DNA of 64,000 nt, taken from positions 18,538,001-18,602,000 of the forward strand of contig OZ024753.1 of the NCBI GenBank assembly GCA_964016885.1, in the 5' to 3' direction. This document shows, in pieces, positions 44,661 through 57,540 of the stretch. The notes beneath the pieces are model-generated. The model had not been told where the DNA came from. It was given only the letters and a program-made list of their open reading frames with translations, and ran no database searches. Each line of letters starts with the position of its first letter. The first letter of the stretch is position 1. The translations under genes and the position numbers were made by a program. Source of the DNA: Eledone cirrhosa. Its lineage: Eukaryota.

Positions 44661-45700
44661 CAGGGCTGCGCAGGTCTTTGATAACATTTGCATGACTTTA
44701 GTGAAAGACACAAAGATATGAAGGGCTGTATTTGACAAAACCAATTGGAATGCATAATAGCGAGACTATTTTTTATGCATCTATTCAATGAATCTGCCAT
44801 TAATACCAATGACTCCTTCAATACGATGTCTGAAACGTTGACATGTCCGGAGCATATGTTTTCATATATTTTTAACATTGATGGTTACAACGGAGTTCAA
44901 ACTTCTTAGAATGTTGTTAGTTTGTTGATTAACTTCCGTCTCTACTATGTCCAGTAATAGTGCAATTCATTCAGGTATGGAGAGCAAGGAGGACATATAT
45001 TTAAGGTGACGTGATCGTGAAGATTCTAACTTATCCATTTTGAGACTTGTTGGTCAGTGTGGGTTATTCTGTTGTTCATGGTCTATATCCACGGCTTCAC
45101 AAGCCTCTCTAACCCCTTCTTATCAGTAGTATTGACCCTTAAGCCCTGAAGAAAGATGTGCAGTTGTATGACATCTAACTATCACAGTGGATTTGGTTTG
45201 CATGACTATTAGAATGTATTTATAGTCTGTGCATAACTCTATTCCTTTAGTTAACCTTTAGGTTTCATCAGAGAAAAACCGAAACCTTTCAGCCTCTTGA
45301 GTAGCTAGACGGTTTTCATTTTCATGTGTCTTCGCAGACATTAATTAGCTTCTCCACATCATGTCTGACTTGTACTGAAGGTCATCCTGCACTTTCTAAT
45401 ATTGTGTCTTGAAACTGTGAGCTCATTTGTAATGTCGGCATTTGACATTCTGGATTTCATATCGATAATTTTGAGTACATTGTTTTTTTACAAATGTGCG
45501 TGTTCTTATAGGATTATGACTTTAGTGCGTGTTTTACATTTGGCTACTGATGTAAAACCTACGTCAGTGGCTTTCAGCTCGAACGACCGTGCAATGTTTA
45601 GGAAGCGAGCAATCTCTAAATCAGCATGATCTGCAATAATGTCAATGACTACAAGGGGAATTTCCATTTTCTGCTAGCTTGTTGTCTGGAAATCATTTAT
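44661..45700 (-). mobile_element. Tc1/mariner superfamily (maT/DD37D-like) transposase relic
   Basis: Manual minus-strand fragments with frameshifts: HADLEIARFLNIARSF; ITNELTVSR; DDLQYKS; FFSDE; HIFLQGLRVN; LVKPWI; PPCSPYLN; CQRFRHRIEGVIGINGRFIE*. TA|CAGGG end at 44659-44665. Confidence 0.75.
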
Positions 45701-45734
45701 CTGAAAATAAATGATAATCAATGGGCGATAATAA

Positions 45735-45790
45735 GGGTGGTGCCCCAGCATGGTCTCAGTCAGATGGCTGGCACAGGTAAAAGACTAAAG
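45735..45790 (+). mobile_element. SINE/LINE 3' tail fragment
   Basis: GTGCCCCAGCATGG..CAGTC..GGCTGGCACAGGTAAAAGA resembles a recalled octopus SINE tail. Confidence 0.45.
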
Positions 45791-46930
45791 GAGAGCATGT
45801 TATAAACACGTTAGGGCTATTTTAAACGTGGCGTATATGTAGTGAGCAAGCTCGCATTGAAATCATTCCTAAATCAGTTATATATACATCATTGATATTA
45901 ACCAGTGTTAAAACTTAGAATAATTTGCAAAAAACAAATTAATGTAAGAAAGTTAAGGATGATGTTACATTCCTGAGAACTATTTCAAACTATATCAGTA
46001 TATCGCTTCAAGTGAGAAACAGAAATTCCAAATTATTTTATACATAAATAATGCGGGATGTAAATTTGATTATATCATAATATATTTAATTATTGCCTTC
46101 TTTCTTTGACACCCTGAGATGATATCTTGCTATTGGCCATAACTAATTAGATCCTCTCCCGTACCGGAAAGCTACTTAATTTATCAAACTATATATTGTG
46201 AATGTCAAGTTTGACGACATCACTAACCACCACAAGGCATGTTGTCCGATATATACACAATAAATTTGATCATTTAATTGTGTATTACAATTTAGTTTGC
46301 TGTTTATGACGATGTTTATCTTCGAGTATATAATATAGTTCTTTTTGTACTTTGAAATTAGATTTTCGCATATAATATTGATCTTAATATTGGCAGTTTT
46401 AGAAACGTTGTAAGTTTATAGGAATACGGTGTGAATTTTGTTTACATCATTTAGTCTCCTCAAGCTCTAATAACTTCCTATTCATATATAATCAATTTAC
46501 ACATGGTTCAGCTTTAATGATAAACTTTGTTATTTTGACCGCGTCTAATGTTTCTCCTCATCTTAAAACATTCTTCACGTCGACGACTCTATCTTAGATG
46601 AAATGTTTATATATTCTCTATCGAAGTGCTAACAAATCACTAGTGACTATTGTTGTATATTTGTACTGTTTCTAAGTTTTTAAAACTCTATCTGAATCAT
46701 TGTAATACTTTGTGATATTAGTGTCTCTGTAATAATCATTTCCACTTCAGATTTATATTAATTCAAGCAACATTTCTAATCTTGACCGACAAGAAAATAA
46801 CACATCTCAAAATACATATAATTTACAGATTATGTCATTGCTAGTGTGGTTTACATATGAAATATATTCTATATAAATTGACGTGAAAAAATTAAGCCTA
46901 ATTGAAAAGTATTAATTGTAAATACATAAG

Positions 46931-47118
46931 GGCGGTGGATTGGCAGTATCAGTAGAGGGTCGGACGCCATGCTTTCCAGCATAGTTACGTCCCTTTACGA
47001 TCTGAGTTCAAATCCGGCCGAGGTTGACTTTGCCTTTCATCCTTACGGGGTCGATAAAATAAAGTACCAGTAATGCACTGGTGAATTTCTGGCCTTGTGC
47101 CTAAAGTAGAGACAATTA
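46931..47118 (+). mobile_element. tRNA-derived SINE, full length, 17-bp TSD
   Basis: A/B boxes and core; TSD ATTAATTGTAAATACAT at 46911-46927 and 47115-47131. Confidence 0.93.
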
Positions 47119-47254
47119 ATTGTAAATACATCTTTATATGATCAAATGAGAACTCATTTTCACTACACATTTCATAATATTGAAACATTATCTATTGCCC
47201 AAAATATTATCAGTGCTTGGTTTTAAATATATTCAAAGAAATTAGGAACCAAAG

Positions 47255-47390
47255 CATTCACACACGGACAGACAAACGGAAGCTAAACATTCACACAGAG
47301 ACAGACAAACGGAAGCTAAACATTCACACACAGACAGACAGATGGAAGCTAAACATTCACACTTGGACAGACAGAGGGAAGCTAAACATT
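47255..47390. repeat. 4 x 33-bp tandem repeat
   Basis: CATTCACACAnnGACAGACAAACGGAAGCTAAA units. Confidence 0.9.
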
Positions 47391-47858
47391 TATTCACAGA
47401 GAAAAAGAGTGGAAAAAGTAAGTAAAATGCAGAAACGAAAAGATAGATCAGAACGATTGTAGGAAAGGTCTAAAATAAACAACATAAAGCTCCCTGACAG
47501 AATAAACCTCTTCCCAATCGTAGAAAGGCAAACCCTTGATCTGGAACGCGAGACCTCTGGTATCCTTGGTGTCCACCCTACACATTCCCTCATAAAATCG
47601 GAAAGACAGCAGCTCACTCAATGAAAAACCGAGAGAATTGGAATTGATGTTGCAGCGGTGTCGCTGATTATTCTCAGCTGTAATACTTTAGCCGTTTTGT
47701 CCAGGGAGCCCAGCCAAAACCCCCGTGAGACTGTCGTGTAGAATATATAGCTCCCTCTATTTCTCTCTTTCTTGCATTGCTTTTTTTTCTTCTTTTTATC
47801 CCTTTTCCCTTTTATCATTTTCCTTTCTTTCTTTCCTTTCTTATTGCCATATATATTG

Positions 47859-48071
47859 TTGTTTTATATAGGCACAAGACCTGGAATTTGGGGGAGGGGA
47901 AAGTCGATTGAATCGACCCCAGTGCGTGACTAGTACTTTATTTTATCTACCCGTGAGGATGAAAGGTAAAGTTAACCTCGGCGGGGTTTGAACTCAGATT
48001 ATAAAGAGCCTTAACTCTATGCTGTAAAGCATGGCGTCCGTCCCTCTACCGATATTGTCAACCCACCGCCA
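47859..48071 (-). mobile_element. tRNA-derived SINE, 15-bp TSD
   Basis: Reverse complement of the SINE; TSD TTGCCATATATATTG at 47844-47858 and 48077-48091. Confidence 0.9.
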
Positions 48072-48151
48072 TTTTCTTGCCATATATATTGAAAAGCTTT
48101 TATCATATTTTATCACATTTAGTAAAATAAACTTATTACATTATTTAAGTA

Positions 48152-48339
48152 GGCAGTGGATTGGCAGTATCGGTAGAGAGTCGGACGCCATGCTTTCCAG
48201 CATAGTTACGTCCCTTTACGATCTGAGTTCAAATCCCGCCGAGGTTCACTTTGCCTTTCATCCTTACGGAGTCGATAAAATAAAGTACCAGTAATGCACT
48301 GGGTAATTGCTGGCCTTGTGTCTAAAGTAGAAACAATTA
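48152..48339 (+). mobile_element. tRNA-derived SINE, 16-bp TSD
   Basis: TSD ATTATTTAAGTAGGCA at 48140-48155 and 48336-48351. Confidence 0.93.
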
Positions 48340-48428
48340 TTTAAGTAGGCAAAAGTAATGTCACTTTATTTCACATTATATAGAAAGGAAAAGGATAAAA
48401 GAGAAAAACAGGATAAAAAGAAGAAAAA

Positions 48429-48621
48429 TGGCAGTGGATTGACAGTATCGGTAGAGGGTCGGACGCCATGCTTTTGACGTATAGAGTTACGCCCATTGCC
48501 ATTCTTAGTTCAAATCCCGCCGAGGTTAACTTTGCCTTTCATCCTTACGGGGTTGATAAAATAAAGTACCAGTAATGCACTGAGGTAATTGCTGGCCTTG
48601 TGCCAAAAGTAGAAACAATTA
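48429..48621 (+). mobile_element. tRNA-derived SINE
   Basis: Same family; ends AGTAGAAACAATTA. Confidence 0.92.
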
Positions 48622-50436
48622 TACAGGGAGGGCACATTTATATTAATAGTTGATAGAGAAACCCAGTTACATGTAACTTTGTGGTATCATCAATTAGAGT
48701 CTTATTTGAAATGTTTTAGTTTCAATTTATGCTATGAAGCACGCTACTAGAGGGGACCCTTGCCTATTTTATGAGTATTTCAAACAATAAATATATTTCA
48801 GCACATTTCTCCTTGAGTTACTCGTCTATCAAAAAGTGTAACAAACATTTGTTCTCACTTTAATCTACGCTTATTTTCCAAATATTCGCCTATGATTTCT
48901 CAGTTGAAGAATGGTCCCTAAATAATCATTGATAATTTGAAATATATAGTTTTAAATTATTTAGTTTAAAATATATTTCGAAATGTTTTTTCTCAATTTT
49001 GAATAGCTTCTGGATTATCAAAAATTATTGTCATAAATATTTAATTTGCTTTAGAGAAAGGTGGTTCTATTTCTAAATCTATTTAATATGGCAGTTATCA
49101 TAAAAGCCATGATTGATTCGCATGATAGCTTAATACCTGTATAAGGCTGTTGTTTCATATGTTTACGTAGTGTCCTGTAGTATTTTAATTTTCTTATATA
49201 GACATCTTAAAATGTTTACATCATAAATCGTAGCATTGATGTTTACATTGGATATATACATTTTAGTTTAAACTTCTTTGTTTCGTTTTTTTAAATAAAT
49301 GGTAAATTTCTATTTCAGAATACTCAAATATATTTCAAGGATAAAATTACATAAACATAATAAAGAATTTAATATCTAGTCAAACATAAAGAAAAATAAA
49401 GTAGCATTGGTAAACATTTTAAATGAGATGGATGAGAGGGTAAGAGTAGGGAATATTAGGCAAAGCCAGAAAGGGGAATTTTTTCATGTTTCTATCGGTT
49501 AATGTATCCAGACATATGTACCTAACAGAAGATTCCCACATATCTACTTCTATAATCATAAGCTTATTTATGTTTCTTCATTTATTCTTGTTCAATATAG
49601 GCTGTCCAGATATATTTAGGTAAAGCAGTGTTTATATATTTTAAAGGCCTTTCAATTGCATTATACAACTGGCGTTTGTTGTTGTTGTTTGGTGCGGATG
49701 TTTATTTGCTTTGATGGTGTGAACAGGTGTTACGCTTTGTCTTAGTCACTCAGTAATGGTTGGAGCTATTATAGATCTTGAGAATGTTCCGTAGACATCT
49801 TTCTATTGTTTATGCGAAATATTCCAGGTATAAATTGGAAACGTAATTGTTTTCTTTGAAACGGAAAAGTGTTTTAGTTGCGCAAAATATAATTGTGTCA
49901 TGTGAAAAATTGCTTTGTCCAACAATCGGAATGTTCATACTGTTGAAAGATTTATAATGTCATTAGGGTCTTTATTGTCTCAAAACTGTGGAACATCTGT
50001 ATAGTCTCCGTTTACTTGCTATTGTTGAATTCCGGAATGGGTTTTTATGAAAATTATATTCATGGAATATCATGAATGTAACTGAACTATTTTGCTCCTA
50101 TAACAAGAAGGGAGTTTTGTAGAGCATGGCATTTCGGTTGATAAAACAGGTTATCTTGAAATTTGCAGATTTACTACAGTTCTCGTAAACACCTATATTA
50201 TCTTGAAAAGTGTACCCATGGGAGAACTCCTGTGAACAACATATTTAAGGAAGATAGCTTTATAAGAGACAGTTGACAGAGGGGATCATAACAAACAAGT
50301 GATGGTGTGCTCTCAAGCGAGTAATTAGAATATAATCAATAGAATATTCTCAAGACGTAGCAGTAGAGCAAAGCAAGGCAGAGTGGAAGTTAGTAGCTAA
50401 ATTAGGAGTGATATTGCAATAGACGTGCTACCTGTA

Positions 50437-50824
50437 TTAATTGTTTCTACTTTCTCAGCAATTATCCCAGTGTATTACTTGTACTTTATTTTATCGACCC
50501 CGTATGGATGAAAGGCAAAGTTACCTCGATGGGATTTGAACTCAGAATGGCAAGGGCCGTAATAATTGTTTCTACTTTTGGCAAGGGCCGTAACTCCATG
50601 CGTCAAAACATTGCGTCCGACACTCTACCGATACTGCCAATCTACTGTAATAATTGTTTCTACTGTTGGCACAAGGCCAGCAATTATCCCAGTGTAGGAC
50701 TGGTACTTTATTTTATCGACCCCGTAAGGATGAAAGGCAAAGTTAACCTCGGGGGGATTTGAACTCAGATCATAAAGGGACATAACTCTTTTTTGCTGCA
50801 AAGCATGGCGTCCGACCCACTACC
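50437..50824 (-). mobile_element. Two tandem tRNA-derived SINEs (50437-50648, 50651-50824)
   Basis: Two reverse-complement copies; the first contains a 16-nt micro-insertion. Confidence 0.9.
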
Positions 50825-51545
50825 GATACTGCCAATCCACCACCTTGATCATGTAATAATGACACTAGATAAGGTTGCATTTTCAGAGCTAAGGTGCGTG
50901 GTCTAAGATACGTCAGAACGAGAGTTGTTATGGACCCGAGTGTAAGAGGCTTAGCATGGCAATGCAGTCACAATTTAAGGTCGGGGGGGGGGTTGATGCT
51001 GGTTATTTCTCGGCCATAATCGTGCTAATCACAGATTTCAAGAATTCAGAGAAGGTTCTAGAAATAAGGTGGTACCTATTGCCAAAAATGTTGTAGGGGA
51101 AGCACAAGCGTGCCCATTCCGAACTATGTCTATACACGACAACTTCCACCATAGAGAGGGTAGTTTCTCTTTGACTGGGCTGCCTTACTGAGTCAAGCAA
51201 TGAAACTGGGCGCCTGACATCTGAATTGTTATCAGATGATCACTGCCCACAACTTATTGGACAATGAGGTCAGGGAAAATTACATCATAGTGTTCTATAG
51301 TGGTTGTGACTGATTGGACTACTATCTGTTCGGAAAAGCCCGCATCAAGTTCTTCAAATTAATCTTGGAAATGAAGATGAGTGCGAAGAGAGATGTGCTG
51401 CTCCCCAAACTTCATTTGTTAAAAGATGCGTGGGTGTAGCGTTGATGACCCGATTGAATGAGCCTACTATTGAGAAAGTGCCTGTAGGCAGGAGAGTTCA
51501 GAGAGAATTGACGGGTGAGGGACACTTGCTGGTGGTGGTGTTGGT

Positions 51546-51546
51546 C

Positions 51547-51591
<45 letters not shown>

Positions 51592-51628
51592 ATAAAAGCA
51601 GCAGCTGCAGTAGAAGTAGCAGCAGTAA

Positions 51629-51686
<58 letters not shown>
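51546..51686. repeat. (GTA)n microsatellite
   Basis: Interrupted GTA/GCA run. Confidence 0.95.
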
Positions 51687-52734
51687 CTGAAATTTATTTT
51701 TCATAGAAGCTCCATGCGTAAATAATAAGGTTTCTAAATAGCTCTGATTCATTGAAGACTAAAATGAAATAGTTCAAGCACGCCATTTTTTTTTTTTATT
51801 CTGTCTTGGAATATTTCTCTTGTAATTGATTTGGAAACGTTCAACCATCATTTGATTCTAGCTTTACACTGACCGAATGATTATATTCTACTGTGGTAGG
51901 GACTGTTGCAACAGTGTGAACATTATAAAAAGAATCTATTCTTTTACAATTTATTGAAATTACCAACTCGATCATTATCATTCCTGCATGGTGAAATAAC
52001 GTCTTCTTTTCCTTTCTTTCTTTCTTGTTTTTTTTCTTTTTCCCCGTATTTTTCTTCTTTCTCCGCCCTTCCTCCTCCTCCACCTTTTTATTTTTCTCCT
52101 CCTTCTACTTCTCCTTCTTCACCACCTTCTTCTTCTTCTTCTTCTTCTTCTTCTTCTTCTTCCTGGGTGGATCGTGTGGACATTGTCCTCGCACTCCTTC
52201 CAGTAGATACTGTCGAAACCGACCGTCTTGCATTGATCTGGACAGCAGGATGCGCCAGCCAGACCAGATGCACTCATGAATATTCTAGCGAAAAATACGG
52301 ATTCAAATTTTATGTATATATACTATGTATGTATGTATGTATGTGTGTGTGTGTATGTACGTGTGTGTGTATATGTTTGTGTGTATGTGCGCGCGTGTGT
52401 GTGTGTGTATATATATATGTATGTCTGTGTGTGTGTATATATATATATATATATGTCTGTGTGTGTATATATATATATGTATGTCTGTGTGTGTGTATAT
52501 ATATATATATATATTTGTATGTGTGTGTATGTGTATATATATATATGTGTGTATGTGTGTATATATAGATATATCTGCGTATGTGTGTGTGTACGTGCGT
52601 GTGTGTATGTGCGTGAGTGTGCGTGCGTGCGCGTATGTTAATCCCCGACACTACAGTACACAGGGGAGATCACTCAACGAAGTACGCAGGTGGTTCTGTA
52701 AATAAACATGAAATACATGACAACAGGTTAAAAT

Positions 52735-52798
52735 TAACTTGACTGTTATATTTCGGTGATAACCGTACTGCAACATCTATGACCTCATCAAATAGCTA
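52735..52798 (-). ncRNA. Degenerate hammerhead ribozyme
   Basis: Minus strand: TAGCTAT-TTGATGA-GGTcATA..TATcACC-GAAA-TATAACAG-TC-AAGTTA; U3.G8 core and weak stem III; lies between microsatellites. Confidence 0.55.
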
Positions 52799-52972
52799 GA
52801 ACTTCAATAGATAAACACCAGACAAGTATACAGATGAAATACAGATTACTCCTGTTGTGACTCATTGATATGCTTTCTCAAGGCTCCGATAGCATATGGT
52901 ACGCTACCGGAGCGACTACAAATAAACGAAGTTAATCTTAACCTGTTTACTTGTACATCATGATTATTTATA

Positions 52973-53086
<114 letters not shown>

Positions 53087-53277
53087 TTTATTTGTTTAAA
53101 TCTATACATATAAAATGTTTATTGATTAATTTACTCAAGAAGTAAAGCTCAGTAAATATTAAGGTTAGGGCATAATTTATACAAAATTAAACGCTAAACA
53201 AAAACAACCTTTTCATATATCTAGTTGGTTCTCAATTATATTAAAAGAATTTGTTGTATATCTTTTTTATATATATA

Positions 53278-53464
53278 CTTGTTTCAACATTAGGCACAAG
53301 GCCAGCAATTACCCAGTGCATTGCTGGTACTTTATTTAATCGACCCCTTAAGGATGAAAGGCAAAGTCAACCTCGGCGAGATTTGAAATCAGATCGTAAT
53401 GGGACGTAACTATGCAGGAAAACATGGCGTCCGACCCTCTACCGATACTGCCAATTCACCGCCA
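53278..53464 (-). mobile_element. tRNA-derived SINE
   Basis: Reverse complement of the same SINE family. Confidence 0.9.
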
Positions 53465-54181
53465 TTTCAGTTACTTACCTTATATATATATATAATGAAA
53501 TATATGGAGAATAGAAATGGCTGTGTAGTTGCTTTTAAGGTAAGTAACTTAAAATGCAGTGGGAATACGCTGAAAGCAAGAACGAGGCGGGGGGACTTTT
53601 CTCATCAGTTGTCTTCTGAAAGTCTAGGATTGTTCTACGCTTTAAAGACAAGATAGCACTTCCCCCCAGGGCGTCAATAACTGGATAATTTATTGGGAAA
53701 ACGAAGGAAGGAAGGAAAGCAAAGGGGGAACAAAAGAGAAACAATAACAAAACAGCGAAAAAAAAAAGCGAAAAAAAAAAACACAGAAACCGAGCAATGT
53801 GCGAGCAACTATAGGTAGGAAATCTAAGGCCACTCGATAAGAGAACTTGAGTTCAAGACCGAATTTAACCCGATTGTATTTTTGTTGTTGTGGTGGCTTC
53901 TGTGGCTTTGCCCCCTTAACCAGTTTTCATTTTGTCACGTTATCTAACGTTTGTTTATTACTCTAAGGTGTAACCTTTCGATTTATCGATATCTTCTTAT
54001 TGAGTACTTCATGCAAACTCCGAATGTTGTTCTTTCGCGGATGTTGGGCGACCGCCATAGCTTCGATTTTACTAACCTATCTGCACTGAGCTATATATCT
54101 ACACACACAATGACTCCCGGAACACGTAATAGAGATATAGAATAATTAAATCAATAATGTAGGCCCTTATATGGACAAACC

Positions 54182-54266
54182 ACACGTCTGATGATATAGC
54201 CAGTAAACCTCGGAGCCTTTCGGCAAAGAACTAGCTTTTGAAACGGCAGAGCTCACCCGTCGGGTT
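54182..54266 (+). ncRNA. Hammerhead ribozyme motif (intact core, decayed stem I)
   Basis: CTGATGA (54188-54194)-tatAGCCAGT..ACTAGCTttt-GAAA (54240-54243)-CGGcaGAGCTCacCCG-TC-GGGTT. Confidence 0.65.
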
Positions 54267-54376
54267 CCGACTCTTGATAATGCATATGTATAAATATATG
54301 TGTATGTGTGTGAGTGTGTGTGGGCGTGTATATGTTTGGGCGTGTGTGTGTGTGTGTGTGTGTTTATAAATACACA

Positions 54377-54428
<52 letters not shown>

Positions 54429-55379
54429 GATCCCGGGTTAAATCGGGGATAACCACAGTAAGTAAGGTACTCAATACATGGCAGATTAAAAGTAATTTAA
54501 TATATATATATGACTCTTGAATTGAAGAATTAGCAAAAGTATTGACGAGCAATCTTTACAATACTATTAAATATGTGTTCTAAGCTAATTGATTTCTTGT
54601 CTATTACTATCATGGTATTTCATTCCTTACTAATCATGTGAGTGACATTAAAATGTTTCTAAATGCTACATTACATGTAGTAAGCATGCCATTACCATTT
54701 CAGATTACATTTGTCGTGGTTAAATACAATATTTGAATGGATGTGAAGTAAGTGAGAACCACATTGGCTTGGTATATTGATTTATTATAGATAGCTCCCA
54801 ATGTGTGGTCTCACATGGGGATCCAGCTGGATAAGTTGGAGCTGGTTGCTTATGAAAGGACCCACTGGAATGAAGTTTTGAGTGAAGACAAGATACAGAA
54901 AGTGATTTTTCGAGTGACGCGTTTTTTCTTATTTTTGTGGGCGTATTTTCCCAATGCGAAAATCAAATTGAAATTTTGCTCCGAAGGTTTGAATGCCGAT
55001 TAATTTCGACCACCTCAAGAGAAGCTGGGTGTCTTTAAACACAAAACAATATATATTTTTACAATAAGTTCGCAATAAAACTTGTTAAAAAAATCACAAA
55101 CTTATGGGAGAAAAACTTCCTGCGGCGTATACACAACAACAAGAAAAAGAAGAAGTAAAAGAAGAACAAGAAGAAAAAGAAGAAGAAAAAGAAGAAAAAG
55201 AAGAAGATTAATTGCTTCTTCTTGAGTCATCCCTCTTTCAAAGGTGATGCATTCATTTTTGTGTTTTCCTAATGGCTAGAATATGTGACTGGCCACACCT
55301 CCATAATCATCCACGACACCGATGGTGTCCAATGGAAAAGCAATGGCCGATAGAGCTTGGCAGATGTGACATCGCTACT

Positions 55380-55506
55380 CATTCCTATAGCTGAGTAAAG
55401 TGGAGCAACGTGAATTAAAGTGCCTTGCTCAAAGACGTAATGCATCACTCGGTCCGATAATCGAACTCAAAACATCCCGATTGCAAGTTCAACGATCTAA
55501 CCACTA
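55380..55506 (-). mobile_element. Second tRNA-derived SINE family
   Basis: Minus strand: TAGTGGTTAGATCG..GAGTTCGATT..TTGAGCAAGGCACTTTAATTCACGTTGCTCCA..ACTCAGCT. Confidence 0.7.
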
Positions 55507-56040
55507 ATTCAGGGGTTTTCACGGATGACTTACTTCAGAAAACGGTACATGAAGTTGTACAGTCTAGCATTGGTTTTGGCATTGTATAATTATGTGGAGC
55601 AACTCAACCGTGAAAACATATAGACCAGGTATTTATGTTTTTTGAAAACTGAAAGATATATGACACGTTCCAAATAAATTGACTGTAACACAGTTTTGAA
55701 ATTAAAAATAATAATAACCAGATAATTAAGAAATGTTTATATATGAAAAGGGTTAGATTTTTAAAAAGTCACGACTTTCAATGGAGTTCTGTGTTGTTAT
55801 TTTCACACAAAAAGCAATACATTTTGTGAACTTTTACCAAGAGGAGTAAATTTTAAATAATTGTAATAGCCAATGCATTAACTATAATTAATCAATAACA
55901 ACTATTGGACTAGAAATTCATGGGTAATCAGTTTTAGTGTTATTGATTACGCTACAGTGATCAACATTTTGTCGGTGACTAAAACTTGTTTTAAATAAAG
56001 TAGGTAAATAGCGACGTTTTATTATAGTAACGTAATGCGA

Positions 56041-56213
56041 GGGCGTGGGTTGGCAGTATCATTACAGAGTCGGACACCATGTGTTTCGGCATAGAGTTAC
56101 GGCCCTTTATGATCTGAGTCCGAGGTTAACTTTGCCTTTCCTCCTAAGGTCGATTTAATCGACTTTCCCGTCCCCCAAAATGACTGGCCTAGTGCCTATA
56201 GTAGAAATCATTA
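56041..56213 (+). mobile_element. tRNA-derived SINE with internal deletions, 17-bp TSD
   Basis: TSD ATTATAGTAACGTAATG at 56021-56037 and 56210-56226. Confidence 0.88.
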
Positions 56214-56490
56214 TAGTAACGTAATGTGTAACAAAAAGGTATGTGGATTGAGAATAATTATTCTGTACACTCGCTTTTTATGACAATGTTAAGTTGCGTT
56301 ATAGAGATTCTTGAGAGAAAGCTTTATGAAAATACCATCTGTATGCGTGGCTAACTAGAAGCAAATGGCTTATTGCTCCTCCCCCCAAAATTGCAGCATC
56401 TTTCAAAACTGTATCGGCTTTAGTAAGCTGAACTGGTGTGAGAAAAAAGTAGCAGATACACATATAAAAACATTTGTAGTTCAGGATATA

Positions 56491-56701
56491 CGAGGGTAGG
56501 CTGAACAGTTCCTAGACTGAATATGACGGAGTGACGGAGTGATGCTAGTGCTGTGAAAGCTTGCATGCATTAATTTTAACTCTTTATATAAATAGGTACA
56601 TTTTTTCTTTCTAGGGACTATGTTGAAAATAAACTTCATTTGGTTATTCAATGAGAGTATCTTGGAATATTTTAGTCTATGATCCTTTCAGCTAACTATC
56701 G
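56491..56701. mobile_element. Mariner-derived MITE
   Basis: TA|CGAGGGTAGGCTGAACAGTTCCTAGACT pairs imperfectly with AGTCTATGATCCTTTCAGCTAACTATCG. Confidence 0.65.
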
Positions 56702-57070
56702 CAGTACGCATGTCTATTTATTTCTGTAAGCCAGATGACCACAAAATTAAATGATCTCTATAGTGGAGTTGAAAATATTACCTACCGTGACAGAATTATA
56801 TAACGACGCTTAGTTTTATTTGTTTCTAGCTCTAACCATCCTACTTCTTCTTCTATATTCTTGGTTTAAGACAGAACAAATGAGCGACATACAAAATAAA
56901 AGCCTAGTCAATGAGGAGGTCACAGAATGTGTGACGAAAGAGCTTTGTCAATATATAAACAACCTTCCGGTTATCGAACCAAAAAACCAACCGAAAATTT
57001 ATAATAAATTGAAGTGAAAATCGCAGGGTGCGTGTCATTTTATTGGCAACATGACCCTCCCAAAGTATAG

Positions 57071-57101
<31 letters not shown>

Positions 57102-57104
<3 letters not shown>

Positions 57105-57243
57105 CTAAAGGAATTTTAGCTTGATAACGGGGTTTAGAACCCTCAGATAAATGGAAAAAGATAAGTATTGACGTACATACTTATCTTTTTCCATTTATCT
57201 GGGGGTTCTAAACCCCGTTATCAAGCTAAAATTCCTTTAGTTA
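57102..57243. repeat. Near-perfect palindrome, 67-bp arms, 8-nt loop
   Basis: 57102-57168 versus 57177-57243 with one T/G mismatch; abuts (TA)n. Confidence 0.95.
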
Positions 57244-57470
57244 AAAATACGGTGAAAGCTATATATTTTCTAATTTCAAACTCGCTCAGTGTTTCACAAC
57301 ATACTTACTTGCCACATATATATATATATATATATATATATTGTCTGTTGCAATGCAAACACGTTTTGTGTTTATCATATATATTAATGTATTTAACTGC
57401 TCGGAAATGCCCCTTTCTTGGAGCTGATTTATTGTAAACGACTGAGAGTTTAATCTCAAATTATAATAGA

Positions 57471-57540
<70 letters not shown>

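Noticed and set aside
47485-50300. Faint LINE-like relics (47485-47740 and 48700-50300)
   Set aside because: Motifs too decayed to support without a profile search.
51003-51540. Coding-like composition
   Set aside because: Stops in all frames examined and no identifiable domain.
52162-52290. GC-rich island with a possible minus-strand acceptor (host exon?)
   Set aside because: No recognisable protein, donor site or partner exons.
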